From Clostridia bacterium (GTDB lineage Bacteria; Bacillota; Clostridia; Christensenellales; CAG-138), in assembly GCA_036654235.1 (NCBI GenBank), contig JAVVSK010000009.1, forward strand, positions 19,539 through 83,538: DNA of 64,000 bases, given 5' to 3'. The translations under genes were made by a program, and so were the position numbers. Numbering within the stretch: the stretch's first letter is position 1; each line of letters starts with the position of its first letter. The notes under the pieces were generated by a model. The model saw only the letters and a list, made by a program, of their open reading frames with translations. It did not search any database and was not told the DNA's origin. This document shows positions 20,374 to 29,970 of the stretch, in pieces.

Positions 20374-21811
20374 ACAGCTTTTGGCGCTTTTTTTGGTGAT
20401 GTTCGTTCTATTATCAGGATACCTCGTTCTTATCGTAAATCAATACGGAACAAGGTGGTTTACAAGTCCTTATAATACGCGCGTTCAGGATCAAAAGGGG
20501 AATATAATAGCCGGATCAATAGGCGATAGAAACGGGAATATTTTAGCTTATTGCGACGAGAGCAATGAGAGAAAGTATAATCCGGATAAAAGAATGCGCC
20601 TTTCGACCGCCCTACTATTGGGAGATAACTTTGGACAAACGATAGGTGCGGATGCCATGTTTGCGAAATATCTTTTAGGCTATGATCAAAACGTCTTTGA
20701 ACGGTTAAGCGCAGCTATAAGCGGAGAAAAAGCCTATGGCTCAAACGTTACGTTGACCGTTGACGCGGAGCTTTCATCATACACATATGATCAAATGGGT
20801 GATTTTAACGGTGCAGTCATCCTTTTAAACTATAAAACGGGAGAAATACTAACTAGCGTAAGTAAGCCGGCTTTTGACCCGGCGCGAATGAAGGACTATT
20901 TAGACGGGAAAATAACTTTGGAGAGCGGCGAGATGGTGAATCGAGTAACCATGGGTCAATATGCTCCGGGTTCGGTGTTTAAAATAGTTACGCTTTTAGC
21001 GGCTATAAGATATATACCGAACGCGGTAAACGAGACTTTTAACTGTTCCGGTCAACTCTTATTTGATGAAAAAACGGGGAAATATGTTGGTGACTTAAAT
21101 ACGGTTTTAAACCTCGAAGGATTAAACGGACTTATTGATTATCAAGGGTCGAGCCATGGTGAATTAAGCTTAAAATCGGCTTTTACTAAGTCTTGCAATA
21201 ATACTTTTGGGCTTTTGGCTATGAAAATAGGAAACGATAAAATGGCGAAGACAGCGTATGACCTCGGAATCGGTCGCGAATTTTTGTTTTCTGATATGCT
21301 TGCATATTCGAGCAGCTTTACGAAAGCCGATAAGGATATCGATCTCGCCTGGTCAGGGGCGGGACAATATAAGGACATTATGACACCTTTAAACATGGCG
21401 CTGATATCGGCGTCCGTAGCTAACGGCGGAGTTATGCCCGAGCCGAAGCTTTTACGTTACGCGGTTACACCCGGCGGAGCTATGACCTATTCGCTGCGTC
21501 CGGGGAAATATATGACATCGATGAATAAGGAAGAAGCGGGTCTGATTCGTGAATATATGCTTGAAGTCGTAAAAAACGGAACGGGTAAATCAGCGCAAAT
21601 AAGCGGCTACGAGGTAGGAGGTAAAACCGGAACGGCAGAGGTTACGAGCGACGGGAGTAAGAGCCCGCATGCCTGGTTTACCGGCTTCGTATATTCGGAC
21701 GATCATCCTCTCGCTATTTGCGTTATATTGGAAAATGGAGGAAGCGGAGGAAGTAACGCAGCACCCGTTGCACAGGCGGTTTTAAAACGCGCAATAAGGC
21801 TGGGATATTAA
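20351..21811 (+). CDS. class B penicillin-binding protein (transpeptidase)
   Basis: N-terminal anchor and the catalytic motifs SVFK (SxxK), SCN (SxN) and KTGT. Confidence 0.88.
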   Translation: MKTKLKIKQLLALFLVMFVLLSGYLVLIVNQYGTRWFTSPYNTRVQDQKGNIIAGSIGDRNGNILAYCDESNERKYNPDKRMRLSTALLLGDNFGQTIGADAMFAKYLLGYDQNVFERLSAAISGEKAYGSNVTLTVDAELSSYTYDQMGDFNGAVILLNYKTGEILTSVSKPAFDPARMKDYLDGKITLESGEMVNRVTMGQYAPGSVFKIVTLLAAIRYIPNAVNETFNCSGQLLFDEKTGKYVGDLNTVLNLEGLNGLIDYQGSSHGELSLKSAFTKSCNNTFGLLAMKIGNDKMAKTAYDLGIGREFLFSDMLAYSSSFTKADKDIDLAWSGAGQYKDIMTPLNMALISASVANGGVMPEPKLLRYAVTPGGAMTYSLRPGKYMTSMNKEEAGLIREYMLEVVKNGTGKSAQISGYEVGGKTGTAEVTSDGSKSPHAWFTGFVYSDDHPLAICVILENGGSGGSNAAPVAQAVLKRAIRLGY

Positions 21812-21818
21812 AGAAAGA

Positions 21819-21850
21819 CAGTATTGGGAAAATGAAGTTTCCCAATACTG
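21819..21850 (+). terminator. strong hairpin after the PBP gene
   Basis: A 13-bp perfect stem, CAGTATTGGGAAA/TTTCCCAATACTG. There is no clear U-tract. Confidence 0.45.
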
Positions 21851-21927
21851 CACTGCAATTAGGGAATTAAAGACTTTGTTTTTCAAAATGTCTTATTTTT
21901 ATACCGATACTATCTTTTTTAAGAGTA

Positions 21928-21956
21928 TTGCAGGAATTAATTTGACATGTTATAAT
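21928..21956 (+). promoter_or_regulatory. sigma-A type promoter with extended -10
   Basis: TTGCAG-17 nt-(TGT)TATAAT, about 50 nt upstream of the 22007 ATG. Confidence 0.55.
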
Positions 21957-22006
21957 GTCATTCGGTGTATTAATATGCACAAAGAAAACTGGGAGGCACA
22001 TCATAA

Positions 22007-24895
22007 ATGAAAAAAACATTAGCTTCTGTTTTAGTTGCGCTTATGTTTGTGACGCTTTTTGCGGGCATAAGCTTTGCAGAGCCGGAACAGGCGAAGGCAG
22101 TAATGACTGCCCTTGATTCCGATACTTTCGGAATCAAGCTGGGAGATACTAAAACGGTTACTTTTACGACGGAGATTGCGAGTTCGCGCGCTCTTAGCGC
22201 GAATGATGTTAAACTCGTTGACGAAAATAATACCGTTATCGCGTCATTAAACGATGAGGGCGTTAACGGGGATAGCGTTAAAGGAGACGGAACTTATACC
22301 GCTTCCGTTGAGATGACCGCCGATACGAGAACGACAAAAACGTATCGCGCAACGGTTGGCGGCGCGGCGACCTCAGAGTTTGAGATCCGTTATTATAAGG
22401 AAATTACGGATACCGATACCGCGGCGCTCAATGCTATGTGGGACAGAGTTGAGGACTATGAAAAAGAGCTTGAGTCATTCAAAATGACGGACAGCGAGAT
22501 TTTAAATAAGGTAAACGAATACCTCGAAAACGACCCCGAGATTACCAATATAACGCGCGAAACCGACTTTTCAATTCATTTTGAAATGGGCGAAGCGCAT
22601 ATTCCTTGCGCTTTCGTTCGTACGGGTGCAGATAAAAAAGGTGGAAATGCGATAAATCCAATTAAAGAAACCTTACCGACGCAAATTAAAGCCGGAAGTG
22701 AGGAACTTTTTTATCCCTCAAGCCCGGATATCGCGGTTTATTGCCCGTATTACGGCTATGACGGAAGCTTTTCTTATAATTACAGGGATAGAGCCGAAAC
22801 TCTTCCTCCGGTTACGGGCGGTCAACTTTATACATATTACGGTGACCAGGGGAGTGTTGAAAACTTTAAAAAGTTTGGCGAATATGGTGTCATAATGGTA
22901 GATAGCCACGGCGATATGAGCAATGGTAAATCATGGATTTGTATTCCGGTTCCGGGTCCATATGATAATGCGGACATAAGCGAAGGGCATATGATAAGCA
23001 TGGGGGGCGGAGGTGTTCAGATAACGGGAACATTTTTCAAAAAATATTGCGAGACTATGCCCGGGACAGTTGTCTACCTCGGAACATGCCTCGGAATGGC
23101 TACGGACGGACTTTGTGCGCCTATGGTTGAGATCGGCGCAAACTTTGTAACCGGATATGATAAGTCCGTTACTTTCCGCTATGACGGCATAATGATGGAT
23201 TCTATTTTTACTTATCTCGCGACAGAGAACGTTGAAAAGAATCGTCTATATACGACCGAGGAAGCTTTTACGAACGCAAAGAACGATAATGGTCAGGTTG
23301 ATACATGGGGGGATGCTGTTTTACAGTTCGCAGGTCACGGAGCGACGGTTATTATGACCGAGCCGGTCTACGTAACCGACGTTTCTCTTAAACCGGACAG
23401 TGCGGATCTCTATGTAAACAATACAAAGGGTTTTACGCCCCTAATAAATCCGGCGGACGCGAATAAATATGAATTTGTTTTCTCTACTGAAAACGAAAAT
23501 ATTGCCGTTGTAGACGAAAATGGCATTGTTACAGCGCGTAAAGAGGGAACGACCAATCTCGTTTGTACCGTAACCGATCATCTCGAAGACGGTACGACCG
23601 CAACTTTTATAGCGAAAGCGGCTATTAACGTACTCGGAATAATGCCCGTTGCCGAGATTGAACTCGAAAAGAGCGTCTTTGAAGTCAATATGGGCAGCAG
23701 CGGCATGACGATTGCCGCGAATATTGCTCCGGAAAACGCAAGTAATCAAAACGTTCTTTGGGAGAGCAAAAATACAGCCGTTGCGACTGTAGATAAAAAC
23801 GGCGTAATTATTCCTGTATCCGTAGGAACGACGCTTATACTCGCCACCTCTGAGGATGGAAACTTTAAGGATGCGGCGGTTTGTATCGTAAACGAAAGCG
23901 ACTTTGATGCCGCGGCTAACGCGACGGGCGGAAAACTTGCGTTTATTAACGATGCAGAGGATCCGTTTGTTAAGGATATAACGACGGATGCCGATCGTGC
24001 CTCCGTTGTATCAACGAATCATGATAACGGAAGCCGTGCCGTATTGATGCTTAACCTTGGTTTGCTTCCCGAAAATACCGTAATAAAGTTCGATTGGAAG
24101 ATAAACAGCGAACCTAAATATGATAAAATGGTATTTAAGATAAACGATTCGGAAGTCGGTATAGATTCGATAAGCGGAGAGCAGGATTGGGCGACATGCA
24201 CGTATACAATAAGATCGTCGCGCGAAGCTGTCCTTACTTGGACATATAGGAAAGATTCGACGACGAGCGTTGGTCTGGATTCCGCTTGGCTCGACAACGT
24301 TGATGTTATTATTCCTAACGCTACGCATACCGTTAAGTTTATAGCTAACCCAGCAGAGCCTGAGAACGTTTTAGGCGAGGTTACCGTAAATCACGGTGAA
24401 GCGCCTGTAGTTCCCGATGCTCCTTTTATTCCCGGGAACACGTTTATCGATTGGAGTGGGATTCTTGATGCCGTGCGTTCGGATATGACGGTCTATCCTG
24501 TTTATTATGAAGGCAGACTCGATCCTTCCGAAATATTCATGGTTACATTCCTTGATTGGGATGGGACGGAACTTTCGAAAGCCGAAGTTGAAGCCGGAAC
24601 CGCCGCGACAGCGCCTAATCCCCCGATACACGAGAATTATTGCTTTATCGGTTGGGACGTAGACTTCTCATGCGTAATATCCGACCTAACGGTAACTGCA
24701 CAATATCTTCCTATAGGCGACGTTAACCATGACAAGGTCATAAACAGCGGCGACGCATCTTATATACTTTGTGTTCTGGCAAACCTTATTGAGCCGGATG
24801 AGTATTACGCTATAATCGGAGACGTTAATCATGATACAGAGGTAAACTCCGGCGACGCGGCGACGATATTATTGACTCTCACGGATCTGTCATAA
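22007..24895 (+). CDS. secreted multidomain dockerin-containing protein
   Basis: Signal peptide (...FAGISFA/EPEQ). The central region carries a DSHGD...YLGTCLG pair. Two Big_2-like Ig repeats are present (VTARKEGTTNLVCTV and VDKNGVIIPVSVGTTLILATS), then a jelly-roll-like module. Two Listeria-Bacteroides-type repeats follow (HTVKF...FIDWSG...VYPVY and VTFLDWDG...FIGWDVDF...VTAQY). The C-terminus is a type I dockerin (GDVNHDKVINSGDASYIL and GDVNHDTEVNSGDAATIL). Confidence 0.8.
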   Translation: MKKTLASVLVALMFVTLFAGISFAEPEQAKAVMTALDSDTFGIKLGDTKTVTFTTEIASSRALSANDVKLVDENNTVIASLNDEGVNGDSVKGDGTYTASVEMTADTRTTKTYRATVGGAATSEFEIRYYKEITDTDTAALNAMWDRVEDYEKELESFKMTDSEILNKVNEYLENDPEITNITRETDFSIHFEMGEAHIPCAFVRTGADKKGGNAINPIKETLPTQIKAGSEELFYPSSPDIAVYCPYYGYDGSFSYNYRDRAETLPPVTGGQLYTYYGDQGSVENFKKFGEYGVIMVDSHGDMSNGKSWICIPVPGPYDNADISEGHMISMGGGGVQITGTFFKKYCETMPGTVVYLGTCLGMATDGLCAPMVEIGANFVTGYDKSVTFRYDGIMMDSIFTYLATENVEKNRLYTTEEAFTNAKNDNGQVDTWGDAVLQFAGHGATVIMTEPVYVTDVSLKPDSADLYVNNTKGFTPLINPADANKYEFVFSTENENIAVVDENGIVTARKEGTTNLVCTVTDHLEDGTTATFIAKAAINVLGIMPVAEIELEKSVFEVNMGSSGMTIAANIAPENASNQNVLWESKNTAVATVDKNGVIIPVSVGTTLILATSEDGNFKDAAVCIVNESDFDAAANATGGKLAFINDAEDPFVKDITTDADRASVVSTNHDNGSRAVLMLNLGLLPENTVIKFDWKINSEPKYDKMVFKINDSEVGIDSISGEQDWATCTYTIRSSREAVLTWTYRKDSTTSVGLDSAWLDNVDVIIPNATHTVKFIANPAEPENVLGEVTVNHGEAPVVPDAPFIPGNTFIDWSGILDAVRSDMTVYPVYYEGRLDPSEIFMVTFLDWDGTELSKAEVEAGTAATAPNPPIHENYCFIGWDVDFSCVISDLTVTAQYLPIGDVNHDKVINSGDASYILCVLANLIEPDEYYAIIGDVNHDTEVNSGDAATILLTLTDLS

Positions 24896-24924
24896 AACAG
24901 AGATTTAAGTCTTAATTGAATACT

Positions 24925-24978
24925 AAAAAAGCCGCGCTGTTCAAAACCAAAATTTAAGTTTTAACGGCGCGGTTTTTT
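24925..24978. terminator. bidirectional terminator between convergent genes
   Basis: AAAAAAGCCGCGC...GCGCGGTTTTTT. Confidence 0.6.
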
Positions 24979-25047
24979 ATATTTTCCGGGGAATTATGTC
25001 GTATTGAAGCGAAGGAAAAAAGAAATATCCGACAGCGCGGAGTTAAA

Positions 25048-26097
25048 TTATCCAATATACTGTTGAAGGTCCTTCTTATCGAGGGAATACTTAAATGCAT
25101 TTTCAACGGAAATTTTGCGCTCATATACGAGGCGCGCTAGATCGGCGTTTAGCGTATGCATTCCGTCCGCCTTTCCGACCTGCATTACCGAGCTGAGTTG
25201 ATGGCATTTACTTTCCCTTATTAGGTTAAGCGCGGCATCGGTTCCTATAAGAACCTCAGTTGCGGCTATACGCCCCATTCCATCCATAGTTGGGATAAGC
25301 TGTTGAGTTATTATTCCGCGCAGCATCCCGCTTAGCTGAGTTCGTATTTGCGCTTGAGCCGTGGGGGGACAGGCATCGATTATTCTATCGACAGTTTGCG
25401 CAGCTCCCGTAGTATGTAAAGTTGAAAGAACTAAATGCCCCGTTTCCGCCGCGGTTACAGCCGCCGATATCGTTTCATAATCGCGCATTTCGCCTACTAG
25501 GATAACGTCGGGATCTTCGCGGAGCGCTGAGCGTAGAGAAACGGCAAAAGATTTCGAATCTTCCCCTATCTCCCTTTGATGAATCAACGCTTTACCCTGC
25601 CCATAGACATATTCTATAGGATCTTCTATTGTTATTATATGATCGAACTTAGTTTTATTTATAAGGTCTATCATAGAGGCAAGGGTAGTAGATTTACCGC
25701 TGCCCGTAGGACCGGTAACCAGAACCATACCACGAGGCTGATTCGCTAATAGATTTATAACGGGAGGTAGCTTTAAGTCGTCTATAGACGGTATGAAGTT
25801 GTTTAAAAGCCTTATAGTAGTAGCGAGCTTTGCGCGCTGATGAAATACGTTTATGCGCTGACGGTTTCCGTCGCCGGTTTGAATAGCGAAATCAATATCG
25901 TTTCCTTCATCAAGATGAAGAAGCTGAGATTCTGACATTGAGGAACGAATTAGTTCATCACATTCCGCGTTTGTAAACTCAATATCCATGTAGTTCAAAG
26001 CTCCGTTTATACGAAAAGCCACGGGCATACCAACAGATAAGTGGATGTCAGAGGCTTTTTTTTCGCGAGCCAAAAAGATCAATTGCTCAATATTCAT
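25048..26097 (-). CDS. pilT: type IV pilus retraction ATPase PilT
   Basis: 349 aa with Walker A GPTGSGKST, the PilT-type Asp/His boxes (ITIEDPIEY, GEMRD, TGHLVLSTLHT), and no long N-terminal domain. Confidence 0.85.
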   Translation of the reverse strand: MNIEQLIFLAREKKASDIHLSVGMPVAFRINGALNYMDIEFTNAECDELIRSSMSESQLLHLDEGNDIDFAIQTGDGNRQRINVFHQRAKLATTIRLLNNFIPSIDDLKLPPVINLLANQPRGMVLVTGPTGSGKSTTLASMIDLINKTKFDHIITIEDPIEYVYGQGKALIHQREIGEDSKSFAVSLRSALREDPDVILVGEMRDYETISAAVTAAETGHLVLSTLHTTGAAQTVDRIIDACPPTAQAQIRTQLSGMLRGIITQQLIPTMDGMGRIAATEVLIGTDAALNLIRESKCHQLSSVMQVGKADGMHTLNADLARLVYERKISVENAFKYSLDKKDLQQYIG

Positions 26098-26110
26098 ATT
26101 TTTCCCTCGT

Positions 26111-27790
26111 TTAAAATGTAGTATAAATTACTTTTTGAAGTTCATCGAGAGTCGTTACCCCTTCTCGAACCATATCTAGGGCAACTTCTCTTAGCGTTCT
26201 AAACCCTTGAGTTTCGCGCGCATAAGTCTCCAGCTCCTGCGACGACGTTCCTTCGGAAATTAGGCGGCGAAGCGGCTTATCAATAAATAAAACTTCGTGA
26301 ATTGCGATTCTACCGCGATACCCCGTATTATTACATTGATGACAACCCTTTCCGCGAACGACCTTTTTAAGGTCAGCACCGACTAACTCAAGTTCATATG
26401 CGTTCGGTACATCCTCATATGCACAGTTTGGGCAGACCTTACGTACTAGGCGTTGCGCAATAATACCTACGAGAGAGTTTGCTATCATATACGGTTCAAG
26501 CCCCATATCTCCAAGGCGAACTACGGATGAAACCGCGTCGTTTGTATGTAACGTAGAAAGAACAAGATGCCCCGTTAGGGCGGCGCGGACGGATATTTGC
26601 GCCGTTTCCGCGTCGCGCGTCTCGCCTATCAAGATAATATCGGGATCCTGTCTAAGAAGGGAACGCAACCCGCGTTCAAAGGTAAGACCGGAGACGTTAT
26701 TAACTTGCACCTGATTTACTTTAGGTATATTTTTTTCCACGGGATCTTCGATAGTTGCTATATTTACGGGCATTTGCGCGAGAGTTTCGAGAACCATATA
26801 TAGGGTAGTGGTTTTTCCGGAGCCTGTAGGACCGGTTATATAAATTATTCCGTTAGGAGATTTTATCATACGTGAAAATTTTTCGTAACTATCGTCGGAC
26901 ATACCGAAATGATTCTTATGGTCTATTATTATATTGCTTGAAAGAAGACGGAGAACCGCCTTTTCTCCAAACACCGTCGGCATAAGGGAGACACGGGCGT
27001 TTATATCTTCGTTTTCGATCTTAATTTTAAAATGCCCATCCTGAGGCAGGCGCTTTTCGGCTATATCGAGGTTCGCAATTATTTTTATACGGGCGATCAG
27101 TGCTGAATGCAGCGTTTTTTGTAATTTTACATATTCGACAATAACTCCGTCGACGCGCATACGGACGACGGTTTCATTTTCGAAGGGTTCAATATGAATA
27201 TCGCTCGCGCCGGTATTATAAGCGCGCATGATAAGGGAATTTATCAACTTTACAACCGGAGCATCCGGATCATCCGTCTCAGTTGTTTGATATTCGTCTA
27301 CAACCTGAGCTCCAAGCTCACTTATGTTCGCTTTTCGCGCCGCTATTTTTGCCGCAACTTCAGAATAATAATAGTCTATTGCCTTTAAAAGCGGAGCGCG
27401 TTCGCTTAAAACAATCTCAAGGTTCTGCCCCGTTATCTGACGAACATCCTCAAGCGCATAAAAGTCTAAGGGATCGGTAACAAAAAGGGTTAGTTGATTT
27501 AATACTGATTTTACAGCAAGAACCGTATAGCGTACCGCTATTTGCTGAGGCAATTTTTCAACCGCATCCATATCGACGATATATTGGTCTATATCGAGGT
27601 AACGAAGATTAAGTCTTTGCGCTAAAGCTTGCAGCATCTCCTTTTCAGAGACGAACCCAAGTTCAATCAGTATCTCACCCAAACGCTTTTTCCCGCCCTT
27701 TTGTTTTTGTATGGCAAGGGCCTGTTCAAGCTGTTGTCTATTTATTCGTTTATATTCAATTAAAAGATCGCCAAGCCTAATGTTTTCCAA
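26111..27790 (-). CDS. pilB: type IV pilus assembly ATPase PilB (GspE family)
   Basis: 559 aa with an N-terminal T2SSE_N-like domain, Walker A GPTGSGKTTT, a tetracysteine motif (CPNC...CHQC) and TGHLVLSTLHTN. Confidence 0.88.
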   Translation of the reverse strand: MENIRLGDLLIEYKRINRQQLEQALAIQKQKGGKKRLGEILIELGFVSEKEMLQALAQRLNLRYLDIDQYIVDMDAVEKLPQQIAVRYTVLAVKSVLNQLTLFVTDPLDFYALEDVRQITGQNLEIVLSERAPLLKAIDYYYSEVAAKIAARKANISELGAQVVDEYQTTETDDPDAPVVKLINSLIMRAYNTGASDIHIEPFENETVVRMRVDGVIVEYVKLQKTLHSALIARIKIIANLDIAEKRLPQDGHFKIKIENEDINARVSLMPTVFGEKAVLRLLSSNIIIDHKNHFGMSDDSYEKFSRMIKSPNGIIYITGPTGSGKTTTLYMVLETLAQMPVNIATIEDPVEKNIPKVNQVQVNNVSGLTFERGLRSLLRQDPDIILIGETRDAETAQISVRAALTGHLVLSTLHTNDAVSSVVRLGDMGLEPYMIANSLVGIIAQRLVRKVCPNCAYEDVPNAYELELVGADLKKVVRGKGCHQCNNTGYRGRIAIHEVLFIDKPLRRLISEGTSSQELETYARETQGFRTLREVALDMVREGVTTLDELQKVIYTTF

Positions 27791-27824
27791 TTTTACAGAG
27801 TCCTTTATTTTTTAAAACTTATAA

Positions 27825-28463
27825 TTAGTTTATAGGGAACGGTTCGTTTTGATATAGATACATAGATAAAGTAAGCGATATCCAAGTTTCGTCGACAAAG
27901 TCGGTATGGTCATTCCAATATGAACGTTCCTCTATCGAAAAGTTCTGTACCATTATAGCGCGCTCCGAAACGAGACGGTCAAAAAGGCGCATAAAGTTTT
28001 CGCGCGATCCGGTGGCCGTTAACGTTACGGTTTCAGTATATACGGCGGACAATATCGCTTCGTTATATCCATTCGTCGAAAATTCGGAAGCAAAATAGGG
28101 CGCGATACCGACGAGAGCGGGACCGGTACCCATGTCGAGTGAATAAGGTTTAAGATTATATTCCTTCATAATCCCTGTTAAGAGGTGGTCTATATCTTTA
28201 GGGGTAATCATAGGGTAAAAATCTTTAGAGGCAGTTGCAACAGCCTCTTCGTTATTTTTAACAGCAGCTTTCATCCCTTCAAGCGTCAAAATAACAGTCT
28301 CCATGTTGAATTTTTCGTCGTTCGCCGTCAATATATTTGCCTCAAGCTCTGATTTCTTATTCAAAGTCGGTAGTATTAGAAAGTTGACAAATAAAAATAT
28401 GATTACGGCGAACAATAAGATGATTATAAAAACCTTATCGCGCTTTGTAAGGTTAATTGTCAT
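27825..28463 (-). CDS. PilO-like pilus assembly protein
   Basis: Single TM, then a coiled-coil segment and a globular C-terminus. The position after the pilM and pilN-like genes supports the call. Sequence evidence alone is weak. Confidence 0.5.
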   Translation of the reverse strand: MTINLTKRDKVFIIILLFAVIIFLFVNFLILPTLNKKSELEANILTANDEKFNMETVILTLEGMKAAVKNNEEAVATASKDFYPMITPKDIDHLLTGIMKEYNLKPYSLDMGTGPALVGIAPYFASEFSTNGYNEAILSAVYTETVTLTATGSRENFMRLFDRLVSERAIMVQNFSIEERSYWNDHTDFVDETWISLTLSMYLYQNEPFPIN

Positions 28464-29055
28464 TTTTCGCCTGCTTTCCCGCATTTTCCGATAAAACGCA
28501 TTCGACGTTTATTTGGAATGCGTTATAAAGTTCGGAATACACGTATCCATGGTAGTTTACCTGCGAAAAGAAGCCGGAATCTTCAAGAGATTTTATATAT
28601 TCGGCTGTTTGCGTTACGGTAGTCGCGTATGTATCGAAATTTAGCTTCCCAGAGGCGGCATCATAAGTGTTTATCTGTGGCGTTGACTCATAGAATCGGT
28701 TCGTACAGACAAGTATGGCCTCTAAAACGTTCGAATTTATTAGCGGGTATGATTCGAGACATTTCCAAGTTTGATCTATACTCGCTAATTTCGCTAAAAG
28801 CTCGGCATTATGCGACGTTAAAGCTAATGTTTCATTATATTGATCTATATTTATCGGCGATTCAATATAGGCGTTTATCTCGTCAAGATCATTTTGCAAC
28901 GTCATATTGTCGAGTATCAATCGAGCCGAAATAACGGATAAAAGTAAAATCAACATTACAAAAGAAAGTATGATTACCCGCTTGTTTCGTTTTTTATTCG
29001 ATTCTTCCGGCTTTGCCCGAAAAGGAACCATTAAATTTAAATCTCTTGATGCCAA
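28453..29055 (-). CDS. PilN-like pilus assembly protein
   Basis: A short cytoplasmic N-terminus, one TM, and a coiled-coil/periplasmic-type domain, immediately after pilM. Confidence 0.5.
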   Translation of the reverse strand: MASRDLNLMVPFRAKPEESNKKRNKRVIILSFVMLILLLSVISARLILDNMTLQNDLDEINAYIESPINIDQYNETLALTSHNAELLAKLASIDQTWKCLESYPLINSNVLEAILVCTNRFYESTPQINTYDAASGKLNFDTYATTVTQTAEYIKSLEDSGFFSQVNYHGYVYSELYNAFQINVECVLSENAGKQAKNDN

Positions 29056-29067
29056 AATTACTTCGCC

Positions 29068-29958
29068 TCACTTTTTTAAAAGATCGCCTACGGGATAGAT
29101 AAAGTTCGATAATCGCGCGTCTTCATCTCGTCCGGAAAATTTTATTCGTCGGTCATTTGGGAATTCTTGTATATTTAAGTTCATATCCACTCCAAAACTG
29201 TAAAAACGATTTAAATCGTCGGGATTAGCGCCGCAAAAATATACATCGGTTATAGTATATTCACTCTTCTCGGACGCTAAAAACTGAACCATTGAGGATA
29301 CATTCCTTTGCATCTCGCCAACAATCTCGTCGGTTCCATCCGAAGAAAAAAGGCGAGTGCGCGTCGAAATCTTATAGCGACCGTTTTCAAGCAGAACATT
29401 TTGAACATTTTCACCGTCCATAACAACGATAACCGCGGTTTTATCGTTAAATTCGGGCATGAATTCTATGAGCTTAACGAGGGCAGTAACCCCGGTATTA
29501 AATGAAACAACCTTAGTTTTAATCTCGGAAAACAACTTTACATAGGTTTCTACAAAAGATTTTTCACATGCACATGCTATTGCGCGGTTCATAGAACCGT
29601 TTTTGCTTTTAAGCATCATATAATCGTATAGGGGGGCTGTTCTGTTTTCAGCATCCGAAAATTCGTTAGCCATAAGCAGTTGAAGCTGTTTTTCTTTCAT
29701 ATTCGGAAATTCTATCGGCTTTAGCTGAATAAGAGTACTATTTACAACGAGAGATACGTCTTTCCCGTGACACCCATGAGCATCTAAAAACAGCGCAATC
29801 TCCTCTTTAAGCGCGGGGGCATTAGTTATAACGCCGTTTACGAGGCTTTCGCCCATTAAAACATCAGCGAAACAGGAGCTTACGGAAACGCCCGCGGAGC
29901 TTCCGGCGCCTACTACAGCAGAAACATTTTTATTTGAAAGATAAAGTGATATTGCCAT
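29068..29958 (-). CDS. pilM: type IV pilus assembly protein PilM (actin-like ATPase fold)
   Basis: 296 aa with the typical PilM N-terminus (hydrophobic beta strands, then GVITN..L..EI) and operon context. Confidence 0.6.
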   Translation of the reverse strand: MAISLYLSNKNVSAVVGAGSSAGVSVSSCFADVLMGESLVNGVITNAPALKEEIALFLDAHGCHGKDVSLVVNSTLIQLKPIEFPNMKEKQLQLLMANEFSDAENRTAPLYDYMMLKSKNGSMNRAIACACEKSFVETYVKLFSEIKTKVVSFNTGVTALVKLIEFMPEFNDKTAVIVVMDGENVQNVLLENGRYKISTRTRLFSSDGTDEIVGEMQRNVSSMVQFLASEKSEYTITDVYFCGANPDDLNRFYSFGVDMNLNIQEFPNDRRIKFSGRDEDARLSNFIYPVGDLLKK

Positions 29959-29970
29959 AACGTTTTACTC

